Source of the DNA: Selaginella moellendorffii | Taxonomy: Eukaryota > Plantae > Lycopodiophyta | Direction of reading: 5' to 3' | Length of the DNA: 64,000 bases | Assembly (NCBI RefSeq): GCF_000143415.4 | Contig: NW_003314264.1 | Coordinates: 2,551,710 to 2,615,709 of the forward strand | In this document: positions 12,960 to 25,609 of the stretch, piece by piece | Layout of the letters: the number at the start of each line of letters is the position of its first letter | Position numbering within the stretch: the first letter of the stretch is position 1 | The notes under the pieces: generated by a model | The model's database searches: none | Told to the model about the DNA's origin: nothing | What the model saw: only the letters and a program-made list of their open reading frames with translations | Program-made: the position numbers and the translations under genes

Positions 12960-13192
12960 AGGAAAATAAAAGATATGTGAATAAGAGTTATAATGCAAAA
13001 GAATATGAAAATATTAATTTCATTTCACTATCTCTATATTACACTCCTAGTCCTTATTACCTATCTGGGAATGTGAAAACTACTCTCACAATGGATAAAA
13101 ATGTTCTTATTACTTTTGAAATAATAATTCAAAGTAAGAGAAATAAAAAAGTGAACAACACAGTAGAAAGCACAAAGAAATCTCCTTTATAA
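12960..13192 (+). pseudogene. Decayed homolog of the small ORF carried by the 13-kb DNA transposon (25610-25969)
   Basis: ENINFISLSLYYTP...TTLTMDKNVLITFEIIIQSK...NTVESTKK aligns by eye with EDVEYISLPNSPYYTP...ATLTTIENAPVTSETTIQSK...STAESTKK. Confidence 0.6.
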
Positions 13193-13554
13193 AACTTTCT
13201 ATGACATTTATAATTCATATATTAATTCATTTCAAAAACTTTATTGCTTGCCTATATTGCAATCCTCCTATATAAAAAGACTAAGGTATATTTTTGCAGT
13301 GAATCCCCAATAAAAGTTTTTGGGAGTTGTTTGTGAATAATGATAAAAGAAATCAAAATCTTTTGAAAGACTCAAAAGTAATATTACATCAAATAATCAA
13401 CTTTATTTACATTTCTATAACACACCTTATCTATCTCCCCTTAAGCCAATTGGAAAAGGCGCAATTGCTTGATGAGAGAGCCCTTAATGGCTATTTTATC
13501 CCTATTTACCCCTCAAGGTTCTAAGGATCCATAGTGACAGTATATCTAAATCTT

Positions 13555-16500
13555 TGTGAGACACAAAATCCCTATGCCCCAAAGTGGAGCCGGAAGGGCG
13601 CCACGTGGTAGTGGCTGAAGCAAAAGCCAAACGAGCGTAACACGTTTGGACTGAAAGCTTCGTCTTGAAAGGTTGAGAGCAAGAGTGGAACTCCCAACAA
13701 AGTGCTCGAGGAGCAGGCACGAGGCAACCAATAAGCAAGGCTCCAAAAAGGGACCCAAAAAGGACCAACACATGACACGTGGAAGTGTCCAAGATGGACC
13801 GAGACGGAGTCCGAGATGGAGTTCGAGATGGACCGAGATGGAGTCCGAGATGGAGTCCGAGGTGGACCGAGATGGAGTCCGAGATGGAGTCCGAGATGGA
13901 CCCGAGATGGAGTCCGAGAAGGACCAAGACAGAGTCCGAGAAGGACCGAGACAGAGTCCGAGATGGAGTCCGAGATGGACCCAAGATGGAATCCGAGATG
14001 GAGTCCGAGGTCGAGACCGAGACCGGGACCGAGACTGAGATCGAGACCGAGACTGAGACCGAGACCGAAATCGGGACCGAGACTGAGACCGAGGCTGAGG
14101 CCGAGTCCGAGTCCGAGTTCGAGTTTGAGATGGTGAAAGCCCAAAGCGTTCGTCTCCCAAACCCTGGGGGGTTTGGTGAGCTCCAAAAGTATAGTAAGGG
14201 GGAGGACTGTAGTGGAGCCAGTTTGGCCAGGAAAGGCCAGTTTGGCCTAGGAAGGCTGTACCCAGTGTTGGGTGATGAGCTGCCCACTGGGAAGTCCAAG
14301 ACTAGAGTGAACACGGACCGACAAGCGGGGTAGCTTGGTGAAGTGTTCAAGAGCTGGCTCTAGTTCCCCCGGGAGATCGACTGGCCGATGCTCCCAGTCC
14401 AAGTGTGGGTGGCACTACCTACTTGGATACCAGGCGTGGCTCAACAGAACCTCGCTCTAAGCCCATGGCTAGAGCACCCAAAGGCGGAAGACAGGGAGAG
14501 TACCTATGAGGCTTGCGTAAGGCTACGGTGTTCCGAAGTGTTGTCCCAAAGACCTAGACTGTGGAAAGGAAGAGGAGTAGTCCTCTGGTGTAGTGACTAA
14601 GGATACAATCGTGGGGTGAGGAAGTCCTAGAAAACCGTGGGACTTAGTGGTCGGGCCTGTGGGCCTTGATCCAGTGGCAGTGTTGGCGAACACGGCCAAG
14701 GATAGAAAGGGACTTGGTGGGGACCAGAAAGGAGATATTGAGGAAGGCTATTCCCCATGTCTGCGGGCATCCTAAGGATGCTAAGGAGTGGATCCGGGAT
14801 GACCACTCATGGACGGATGGCTCAGTATTGGAGAGACGGGATTGCAATGCAGGTGGTGTTGGACCACTGATGTGACCAAGGTGATTGGGCATGGCCTAGC
14901 GTAATAGGCTGGCATGTTGGTGGTGTCTTGGGGTGTCGGTCATGGGACCAGACACGTGGAGCACTTGGACCAAGTGCAAAGGTTGAGTGGCATGGATGCC
15001 TTTTTCGGGGCTAGCAAGCCCTAAGTCCTGAGTGGGACTTATGGAGGTTGTGAATGAGACTCCTCCAAGTGGTCGGAGGTGCGGTTAAGTGACTAAAGTA
15101 AAATGGAAAAAATTAATCGCTTACAATTTGGTATTGGAACTGTTCCTTAGTCTGACTCTTATTGGTGGCCAAATATATCACCACTTGTATTGGAATTGGA
15201 AAGTCCTATGTATGGACCTATCCTTGAGGAGTAGCATGTCGAGAGGACATGACTCTCCACTCGAGTTCATGCGTGAACTTGTGCACGATGTGGTGGATGG
15301 AAGAGGGCCAGTAAGGGAACGACTTTGGGATCTTGGGAATAGCATGAGGGTTTCCTTAGAGAGTTGAGGATGTGATTTAGATGAGCGTTTGACACAGCGA
15401 ACGAGCTAAAGTAGTTGTGATAAACAACTATAGTTGGGATCACAGGAAAGATGCAAACTCCAAGACGATAGTGGAGTCACAAGATTACCCTCATGAAGTT
15501 GAGGTTGGTGCTCATGAATTTGAGACCAGAAGTAATGATTGCGAGAGGTTAAATACAGAAAAGGACACAAGTCCTTGAAATGGGTCGGAGCTACCTCTAA
15601 TAAATGCTAGAACAACCCAAGGAGTTGGGGGTGTATTTAGAGGATGAGTTGGTATTCTCATCACATGGACAAGTGGTCCTAAGGGGCGAAAGGTTACCCC
15701 TAGAGAACAAATCAAGTGTCGGAGTAACACTTGCAAAAGATGGTCCTTGTGAGTAGGACATGAATACAAGGAGTTGTATTCCAGTGAGTTAGCACTTCAA
15801 AAGTAGGACTTCATAGATCGTCGGATTAACAAAGTCCAAAAGGTTGAATGACTCCAATAGAGTCAAGGAATAATCCTAAGGGCTTGAGGAAAGCATTTGG
15901 ACTGAGGTGTGTGGTGCCCCACGAAGGATGGGGAGGATCTTGAGATCCAAGCATGAGAGCAATATGTATCTCATTGATGGCAGAAGGTGCCATGCTAAAG
16001 TCGTGGAAAAGAGTTTCCCGGAAGAAAACAACTTTGACACAAAGTTGTGCATGAACTCTATGGTGTAGTGCTAATGGATAATTGGCCTTGGTGGGTTCAT
16101 GAGAACCCCTTCCAAAGGAATCCCAATGGAAATAAGAATAGCATAGCCTAAGTTGGAAGGCATGCGGTTAGAGTGTGGTGACCCAGATAATGATGGAGGT
16201 GTGGAAGCACCAACAATGAGTTGTAGGACTTGACAACTATGAAACAACTAAGCAAAAAGTGCAAAATAATTCATAAATTGGTAGAAGGCAACTACTTAAA
16301 ACTTCTTATTGGGATAAGGAAGTTCGATATACCCTTATAAGGGATAAATTGTTTATGTTACGACATAGTAAGTCAATGTCGAAAAGAGAATGCTCATTGT
16401 CAGAGAGGCCATCATTGGGACACCCAAACACTCTAGAACACTAAAAGGGGGTATTTGGTGTCATGAGGGAAATGGATAATGCCCAAGGGACAAAATCCCT

Positions 16501-19500
16501 AGCGAATGAAGGATAGGAGGTGTTATCCAAATGTCTAATGTTGTGGAGACACGAGAAGTCCATTTACCCAAATTGGACAAAGCTAAAGAGGGATTTTGGC
16601 AAGGCTAGTGATAGGCATATAAAGGCCCATAAGTAACAACGGTGATCCGAGTGTGTGGGATTACAAGGTGAGCAAATCCGGATTGAGGAACCACTCCCTA
16701 GGCTGTCGGGTAGGTTTATCCCTATAAATATTTGCCAAGGCATGGTAGAAAGTGCAAAGCTATCTTCCTAGTCTGGAGGAGAATAACTGAAGGAAATGTA
16801 TGAGGCCAAAAGGCAAGTAATATAGGGATAGAACTGAACCATAGGAATTGACAGACATAACCAAGGGTGGTTATGCAAGTTGGGAGTGGAGAATCAAGTG
16901 GGTGCTCAAGCATGTTGTGACTAGTGACCGGGATGCCATGGAGAGTCTAAAGCATGGGATTGTCCATGTTAGACTATATGGTAATTGGCAAGCTTGCGAA
17001 AGGAGAGGCCTTAGCAAGCCAAGGAACAGAGTTCCTTGAACATTCCCCTAGGTAGATAAGTACCTAGTCAGCCAAGTGTAAATAGTTCATAGAACGCGCG
17101 AAATCAGAGTGGCGCAACAGAAGCGTGGTCTTGAAGTTTGCCATAAGGCGAGGCTATCAAGATTGGGGAAGTAGTTCCCGAGTGTTCAAAGAGAGGGCTT
17201 TGAACGAAAGTTGATGGTCAAGGACTTTCACGCTTATGTATGAACAATGTTACAGTGGCCAGATGACTTGCTAAATGAGATTGGCAAGTCGGGGGGGGGA
17301 ATGAATACTCTAGTTGAAGGCGCTAACTTAAAAAAGGGGGGCCCATGGGGCCAAGCATGGAGGAGTTCATGCATGATCACAAACTTGTCAAGTGAGAGGG
17401 TTTGGTAGTGTGGAGGAACTAGGTTCCAAAACTGTGATCTGTAATGTGCTTTAAGTACATGTTGGTGCACCAGCGTGGGGAGTCACACCAGGCATCCGGT
17501 GTGATGCCATCCATAGATGCATATACGGAGGTTGGGTTTGAGTCTCGACCCTCTAGTGCTTGGGTTCGAGTCCCAAATCACTAGGGCGTGGTGATGGTTT
17601 GGAATATGAGGACACTTATATTTCGGTGGTTATGGACTCTCAGTGAGGAGATTGGTTTGGGCATACCGTCAAGCAAGGGATGCCTCGGAGTCGTGATGCA
17701 CGGTTAAATTGCTTAAAGTGAAAGCTCGGCATATCTAATTTGAACACTTTGGTGCAAAAGGCACCAAGGACGTGGTGAATGAGATGGGGACACCCAGTCT
17801 CAGTTGCTATGGATCCTTGGCCGGAAGGGCTGACTTGGGCGCACCGCCAAGTGTGGGGGATGCCCCTAGGGTCATAGTCAACAATTTAAAAGGGTTTGGA
17901 AGACTTAATTCTTATGGGTAGACCTGTTAAGGGGTCAAGAGGAGATCACCAGGTGATCTTGTGGCTAAACAATGACAAGGTCTTTATTTGGGTTAAGGAA
18001 TATGATTCCCAGTTCAAAGTGTTGATTTGAACTATTGATAATGGTGTAACTTGGTCGAGGTGACCAAGTGAGAAGGACACCTAAAGGGAAATCAATTATG
18101 CTAATACGATGGTATAGTAAGTCCAAGAAAGTAGTCTCGGGGAGAGACCCATGGAAGGGTCACAAAGTTGGGCCGTGGACGAAGCTTGGAGCAGAAATTG
18201 CTAAAGAGACCTACTAAGGGTGAGCACCCGCTGGACTTAGCAAAGTAGAGCCTTTGCCATGGAACCAAAAGGATACCTCGAGAATGGAGGTAGTGATCTT
18301 ATGTTGCTCAGTGCAACAATCAATGGATAAAAGCAAAAGGCTAATGGCCAAGTGTGGGCCATGGAGTTCATGGGAAAGAATGCAAATGGCAAAGTTAGGC
18401 CAAGAACACTAAGATGTTGGGTGCTAATAGATTGTGGGAATGGCAATGTGTTCCCAAAGATGGATTCCCAATTGCTCCAAGGTGGCGAAAGTGGAAGTTC
18501 CAAGGGTGGGAGCGGTAAAGTACCCAAATGATAGGGCCGTGGATAGCCCTAGCACAAATTATGGTAATTGAAACTTAGTGCCAAAGGTGGTACGAAATCA
18601 AAGAGAGGAGGATGCTGCCCTCAAGTAGAGAACTTCTTAGGATGGGGAAGTGGAGTTGCACAATATGTGCAATGCAAGGTGTCGGAGACACCTAGGAAAT
18701 TGACTCTGAGAAGTCAAAATTAAAAGTTCCAAAGTGCAAAGGTTATGTCGATGGAATTTAAGACTACTTGAGGAGTAGTAGTGGAATTGAGTTAGAGAGG
18801 GTGTCTCTAACGGGTTTAGTGAGGACTAAATCAATAAACGGAGAAAACCACCACAAGTGGTCAAATAAGTTTCTAAGTTGGAGAGACTATGCTCCTTAGA
18901 GGATGGACAAGGCATGGTGTGCCTTTGGTGTCAAACCATAGATAAATATTGGCTGGGTGCCAAGGATGGAACTGGTAATACATGCGGGTGTTACTTTATA
19001 AGAGGGTTTACCGTTCGATGAGGACATCGAACTTCGTCTATGGGTGGTGGAGTTGTGAGACACAAAATCCCTAGGCCCCAAAGTGGAGCTAGAAGGGTGC
19101 CACATGGTAGTGGCCGAAGCGAAAGCCAAACGAGCGTAACACGTTTGAACTGAAAGCTCCACCTTGAAAGGTTGAGAGCAGGAGTGGAACTCCCAACAAA
19201 GTGCTCGAGGAGTAGGCACAAAGCAACTAATAAGCAAGGCTCCAAAAAGGGACCCAAAAAGGACCAACACATGACACGTGGAAGTGTCCGAGATGGACCG
19301 AGACGGAGTCTGAGATGGAGTCTGAGATGGAGTCTGAGATGGATTGAGACGGAGTTCGAGATGGAGTCTGAGATGGACTGAGATGGAGTCCGAGATGGAC
19401 TGAGATGGAGTCCAAGATGGAGTCCGAGGTGGACTGAGATGGAGTCCGAGATGGACCCGAGATGGAGTCCGAGAAGGACCGAGACAGAGTCCGAGATGGA

Positions 19501-19592
19501 GTCCGAGATGGACCCGAGATGGAATCCGAGATGGAGTCCGAGAAGGACCCGAGATGGAGTCCGAGGTCGAGACCGAGACCGGGACCGAGACT

Positions 19593-19632
<40 letters not shown>

Positions 19633-20673
19633 TCGGGACCGAGACTGAGACCGAGGCCGAGGCTGAGTCCGAGTCCGAGTCCGAGTTCGAGTCTGAGAGG
19701 GTGAAAGCCCAAAGCGTTCGTCTCCCAGACCCTGGGGGGTTTGGTGATCTCCAAAAGTATAGTAAGGGGGAGGATTGCAATGGAGCCAGTTTGGCCCAGG
19801 AAGGCTGTACCCAGTGTTGGGTGATGAGCTGCCCACTGGGAAGTCCAAGACTAGAGTGAACACGGACCGACAGCGGGGTAGCTTGGTGAAGTGTTCAAGA
19901 GCAGGCTCTAGTTCCCCTAGGAGATCGACTAGCCGATGCTCCCAGTCCAAGTGTAGGTGGCACTACCTACTTGGATACCAGACATGGCTCAATAGAACCT
20001 CGCTCTAACCCCATGGCTAGAGCACCCAAAGGCGGAAGGCAGGGAGAGTACCCATGAGGCTTGCGTAAGGCCACGGTGTTCCGAAGTGTTGTCCCAAAGA
20101 CCCAGACTGTGGAAAAGAAGAGGAGTAATCCTCTGGTGTAGTGACCAAGGATACAGTCATGGGGTAAGGAAGTCCCAGAAAACCGTGGGACTTAGTGGTC
20201 GGGCCTGTGGGCCTTGATCCAGTGGTAGTGTTGGCGAACACGGCCAAGGATAGAAAGGGACTTGGTGGGGACCAGAAAGGAGATATTGGGGAAGGCTATT
20301 CCCCATGTCTGCGGGCATCCTAAGGATGCTAAGGAGTGGATCGGGGATGACCACTCATGGACGGATGGCCCAGTATTGGAGAGATGGGATTGCAATGCAG
20401 GTGGTGTTGGACCACCGATGTGACCAAGGTGATTGAGCATGGCCTAGCGTAACGGGCTAGCATGTTGGTGGTGCCTTGGGGTGTCGGTCATGGGACCGGA
20501 CACGTGGAGCACTTGGACCAAGTGCAAAGGTTGAGTGGCATGGATGCATTTTTCGGGGCTAGCAAGCCCCAAGTCTTGAGTGGGACTTATGGAGGTTGTG
20601 AATAAGACTCCTTCAAGTGGTCGGAGGTGCGGTTAAGTGACTAAAGTAAAATGGAAAAAATTAGTTGCTTACA
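13555..20673 (+). mobile_element. Full-length non-autonomous long-LTR retroelement (LARD-like, chromovirus-derived); LTRs 13555-15125 and 19054-20673
   Basis: TG...CA LTRs of ~1.6 kb, very similar to each other; TSD ATCTT/ATCTC; degenerate Met-type PBS tggtattggaac after the 5' LTR; PPT gggtggtggagt before the 3' LTR; internal ~3.9 kb has no long ORF. Confidence 0.9.
13790..14135 (+). repeat. GAGATGGAGTCC / GAGACC-type hexamer-dodecamer microsatellite inside the LTR; also at 19290-19700, 23650-24000, 45110-45300, 51530-51760, 55540-55770 and 61560-61860
   Basis: Tandem ccgagatggagt and gaccga units; these cause the many low-complexity ORFs in the ORF track. Confidence 0.9.
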
Positions 20674-22055
20674 ATCTCATCCCATGATCACATACACTAC
20701 AATTTCCAAGACTGAAAGTCAATCTTCCACAAGAGAATAGCAGCGTGCTAGCATACCCTACCACTATAATGTGGTCTATATATACCTAGAAAATTGGCAT
20801 ATGTATAAAAGAATATATATGTAGTGAAGTAGGTTTCATCAAAATGATAGAGTATATGTATACATAATAATCTAGAATTATAGAAGCAAGCTATGATTAT
20901 AAAGCCCTATTTCCAAGATTGACATTTCAAAAATTTGAGTATTGTCAATGTTATAATAAATAAATTGCATTCCCAAGACTAAAACTTAATATATAAACTA
21001 CCTAAAAAAGTTATAATCATTATAGTTTTTTTTATTCTCCTTGAACTCCTTAGAAGTTTGTATAGAAATGGCTCAAAGGAAAGTCATTACTACTTATACT
21101 TGGCCTCTTAGCATTTCATATCAATCTCTACCTCCAACCCCAAGTTCTACCAACATTCCACTTTCACATCTACATAATAATCTTCTTTTTGCTAAAGGCT
21201 CTAGTGAAGTTGAACTAGAGCTCCCTATATATGAAATTTCAGATCCTTTTACTAGAGAGGGATTGCCTCTAGTGTTCCAAGAGCAATACCACATGTTTTT
21301 TACAAGATCTTACCCTTGATATGGTGGGACTACTTAAAAGCACAAAACATTATTATATTCAATGTCCAATATACTACTTTTTGGACAAGATAAATGGCTT
21401 TATGGGTTTACAAACTTTTCTTAAACACTTTAGCAATTGCTCAATGGCAAGTCTAGAAAATATGCACATGTGGATGTACAATAGCTTTAATAATGAGTTA
21501 TGAACACATACCCATTATTGCTTCATAGTGAAGAATAATATCCTTTTGGGAAATATTGCATTTGCTAGTGTGAAATGTAGAGTTTTTAGGCCACTCTACA
21601 GTGGAATGTAAGATATAGAATTACTTTACTATACTATAGTATTGTTTCTTTTAAAAGAAAAAAAAATATAATGAAATGATATTAGTTGTAGGTAATATAC
21701 TTTATTCTAGATGGTGCTATTATATCACATATAATTTTTTATAAGATGTTGAAGGAGGAGATGGCAACACATAAATGCTAAAAAGTGATGGTGATAGGTG
21801 AGAATGATAATTTGCAATTATGATATCTGATATTGACACTATGACTGACATTTGAAACTGTTATTAGCATTTGACACTTTCACAAATATCTAACATATAA
21901 TAAGCTTTTCATTTCATGTAAGGATGTAATTAGCTTTCTTTTGCCTCATCATCAACATATTGATTCCTTTTATGGCTCTTTCTATATTGGTATTGTGGGG
22001 AAATGTAGGTGATTAAATTTTCCATTAATCACTTAACTACATCTTTGACCATTCG

Positions 22056-22728
22056 TGTAGCGCATGTGATCATGGGATGAGATTTGGATATACTGTCACC
22101 GTGGAGCCTTGGAACCTTGGGGGATAAATGGGGATAAAATAGCCACTAAGGGCTCTCTCATCAAGCAATTGCCCCTTTTCCAGTTGGCTTAAGGGGAGAG
22201 AGATAAAGTGCGTTATAGTTGGTATCGGAGCAAATGGCACGGGTTCGATTCCCATTGATTAGTGGCTACTTAAAATATAATATACCCTTGAGCAAGGTAT
22301 ATTTCTACCCCTAAATTTGAAATCGTACGTATTGGGCATCCATGCGTACGTCTTTTCTCTTGTGTGGAGTATCCATTGACGAAAGTATCCACCGTGGGAC
22401 TGCAGTATGGGTGGATGACTAGTTGCCTCACATGGAATAGCTGGTCTACACAATGGAAGGATTGGTATATTCAGTGCGGAAATAGAGGTGCTGGTTCCCC
22501 TTGGCTTAGTAGGGGTTGTTAGTTAATAGTCAATGAGGACATTGACATCTCTGAAGGGGGGGTGAGTGTAGCGCATGTGATCATGGGATGAGATTTGGAT
22601 ATACTGTCACTGTGGATCCTTGGAACCTTGGGGGATAAATGGGGATAAAATAGCCACTAAAGGCTCTCTCATTAAACAATTGCCCCTTTTCCAGTTGGCT
22701 TAAGGGGAGAGAGATAAGGTGCGCTACA
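22056..22728 (+). mobile_element. Complete TRIM of 673 bp with 162-bp LTRs at 22056-22217 and 22567-22728
   Basis: Near-identical LTRs, perfect TSD ATTCG, PBS tggtatcggagc (initiator-Met type) at 22220, PPT gaagggggggtgag, non-coding interior. Confidence 0.93.
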
Positions 22729-24521
22729 ATTCGAAGGAGTTTCACTCATAATATCTATAAGTCTTATTTTTGAGTTGGGGATATACTAACCCTGTGAATG
22801 ACATTTATGCCACATAACCTTTACAATTGGTCCAAGTGCTCCACATGTTTAATTCTATGATAGACACCTTTGACATATAAGCCTATTATGCTAAGGTTAT
22901 ATTCATTCACCTTTGTCTCGTGGGTAGTCCAAGACCACCCATACCATAGTCTCATCTCCTAAAAAGTAGGCCATTTGTCCATGAGTGGTTATCCTAAAAC
23001 CACACTTCAACATCCTTAGGATAACTAGAGGCATAGGAAGCACCTTTTCCCAATGTCCCTTCTTAAGTTTCTACCAAATCCCCTTCCATCCATGGCTATG
23101 CTCACCAACACCACCATTGGGTCAGGGCCGAAGGCTTAATTACTAAGTCCTATTTACCTCTAAGATTTCTTCACTATATGACTGTATCTTTAATCATTAC
23201 ACAAGAGGACTACTCTTTTTCTTTTCCATAGTCTAAGACTTTGGGATGACATTTTGAAGCTATGCAAGCCTTGTGGGTACTCTCCCCACCTTCCGCCCTT
23301 AGATGCTTTAGCCATGTGGCTAAAGCGAGGTTCCGATGAGCCACTCCAGGTATTCAAGTAGGTAGTGGCACTTACATTTGGATTGGGAGCATTGACCATT
23401 TGATCTCCTAGGGGAGCTAGAATTAACTCTTGAACATTTCATCAAATTACCCCATTTATGCATTTAGACTCCTTAATTGTTATATCATCACCCATCACCT
23501 AAGTATAACCTTCCTTGGTCACATTGGCCTTTTTTGGCTAAATTGGTTCCACTAGAGTCCTCCCCTTATTATCCTTTTGAAGTTCACCAAACCCCACTAA
23601 ACCCTTTAGGGTCTGGGAGACAATCGCTTTGGGATTTCACCCTCAGGCTTGGATTTGGACTCAAACTTGGACTTGTACTTGGACTCAAGCTTGAATTCGG
23701 TCTCGGCCTGGTCTTAGTTTTAGTCTTGGTCTCAGCCTTGGTTTTAATCCCGGTCTTTGTCCCCATCTTAGAGTCCTTTTCGAACTTCTTCTTAGACTCC
23801 ATCTTGGATCACTTCTCAGACTCCTTGGACTCCATCTAGGATTCCTTCTTGGACTCCATCTCGGACTCTTTTTCAGACTCCATCTCAAATACCTTCTTAG
23901 ACTCCTTCTCGAACTCTATCTCGGACTCCTTTTTGGACTTTTTCTCGAACTCTATGTTGGACTCCTTCTCGAACTCCATCTTGGACTCTTTTTTACTCAA
24001 TCACGACACTTTCATGTGTCACAACACTTGCAATATGTTAATCTTTCTTGTGTCCCATTTTAAAGACTTATTCACTAATTGCTTCATGCTCATTCTTCAA
24101 ACATTTTGTTTAGAGTTTCACTCCCACTCTTGACTTTCCAAATCAGAGCTTTTGGTCCAAATATGTTACGTTTGTTGGACTTCCACTTTGGCCACTATTA
24201 TGTGGCACTCTTTCGGCTCTAATTTGGGGTTTAGAGATTTGTGTTTCACAATTCCACCACCCATAGAGGAAGTTTGATGTCTTCATTGAATGATAAATCA
24301 TTTATAAATTAACCCTATCATGGATTATTATTTTCATCCTTAGCACCAAGCTAAAAGCTCATCATGCCTTGCCCATTCTCTAAGGAGTATACTCTCTCCA
24401 TCTTAGAGACTTATAAGATCATTTATGTCAGTTTTCTTCCTTTGTTTGTTTTGCTCTTACTATACTCGTTAGAGACACCTTCTCTATCTCAATTTTACTA
24501 CTCATTCTGAAATAGTTTTGG

Positions 24522-24646
24522 TGTAGTGTATGTGATTATGAGATGAGATTTGGATATAAGGATAAAATAGTCATTAAGGGCTTTTTCATTAAACAATTAC
24601 CCCTTTTCCAGTTGGTTTAAGAGGAGAGAGATAGGGTGCATTATAC
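24522..24646 (+). mobile_element. Degenerate, internally deleted TRIM solo LTR
   Basis: tgtagtgtatgtgattatgagatgagatttggatata...ggagagagatagggtgcattata matches the TRIM LTR. Confidence 0.75.
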
Positions 24647-25609
24647 TTGCCCTCTATCAATATTAGAACTTTGATATTAATTTCTTAAAACACTTTCTTT
24701 GGTGTCTCCAACACTTTATATTCAAACTCTACTTCCCCAATCCTAAGAAATTCTTTACTTAAGGGCATCATCATCCTCTTTTTTATTTTATACCACCCTA
24801 AGCACTAAATTCCATTTATTTATAATTTATGCTAAGGCTTTCTATGGCTTTATTATTTGGCTACCTCTCTACTCCATCTCTTAAAGCTTTCACCTTTTGC
24901 TATACCCTATAGGCAAGAATACTACCTATTGTCTAAGCAAACTAATTTGATGCTCTATTTCGTTAAAGTGGGATTTATTTAGTAAAATGGGACTAGGTAC
25001 AAATTTTCAAGTATTTGAAAATGACGTGAAATTATATGTTTTTTGTCCAGGGGCTAAACATATCTGGGGCATGGTGACTAGTGCGGTGACTTTGTGTCCA
25101 GACTGAGTCCATCTGGTTGTATAATAAATCTCATTGTCAAGGTGAACAAGCCGAATCTGAAGCTAAAGAAGAGCGATGGCATGCGCGCACACACTATTTG
25201 TTTGTTCATTGAGCGTGTGGTGAGCTTTCCAAGATGAACGTCATTCCTATTAGCCAGACATATAACTTAATGGTGAGAACATTTAGATATTATTCAATGT
25301 TATCTTTTTCTAACGAATCTAATTGTGAAGGTGTAGCAAGAGGCATTGCTAGTCTGGAGAAGTCATTTAACTCATTTGACCCTTAGTGTATTTTCATGAA
25401 ACTAAATAACATTCATATTATTAAGGAATTTCTCTAGTACCTTTTTTTTACGACATAGAGGCTTGCATTTCTTTCAAAGGTGATTTAGTAAAAGGCCTGA
25501 GGGCACATGCCATTCTATTTCTCAGACCAGTATTAAGATATACTAGTGCAAAGGGAAAAAGGTATTTGGTGATCAAGTAAATGGCATGAGGGCACACGCC
25601 ATTATAAGC

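Larger units (their letters stand above)
13416..20701 (-). mobile_element. TRIM solo LTR (13416-13554 plus 20674-20701), split by insertion of the long-LTR element
   Basis: Reverse complement of the 162-bp TRIM LTR at 22056; flanked by the TSD ATTTC (13411-13415 / 20702-20706). Confidence 0.85.
22004..24907 (-). mobile_element. Older, C-to-T-decayed copy of the long-LTR element: 3' LTR 22004-24250 plus adjacent internal sequence, truncated near the DNA transposon
   Basis: Reverse-complement similarity to 19054-20673 and 18480-19053; PPT complement attccaccaccc at 24251. Confidence 0.8.

Noticed and set aside
13502-14350. Long overlapping ORFs (ESEMESE, SRTPSR, LGLHLG) in all frames, also at 18896-19950, 23477-24133, 51480-51871 and 61519-61870
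   Set aside because: Artefacts of the 6/12-bp LTR microsatellite, which lacks stop codons; there is no domain and the repeat number varies between copies
20702-22003. Short ORFs at 21041-21503 as a gene
   Set aside because: Highly decayed AT-rich sequence with no motif I can recognise
22230-22260. Possible tRNA gene
   Set aside because: Only a T-arm-like hairpin; no acceptor, D or anticodon stems can be formed
24940-24951. Target-site duplication for the DNA transposon
   Set aside because: Left flank (ttgat) and right flank (ttttt) do not match and belong to different repeats; probably rearranged, so no TSD is claimed
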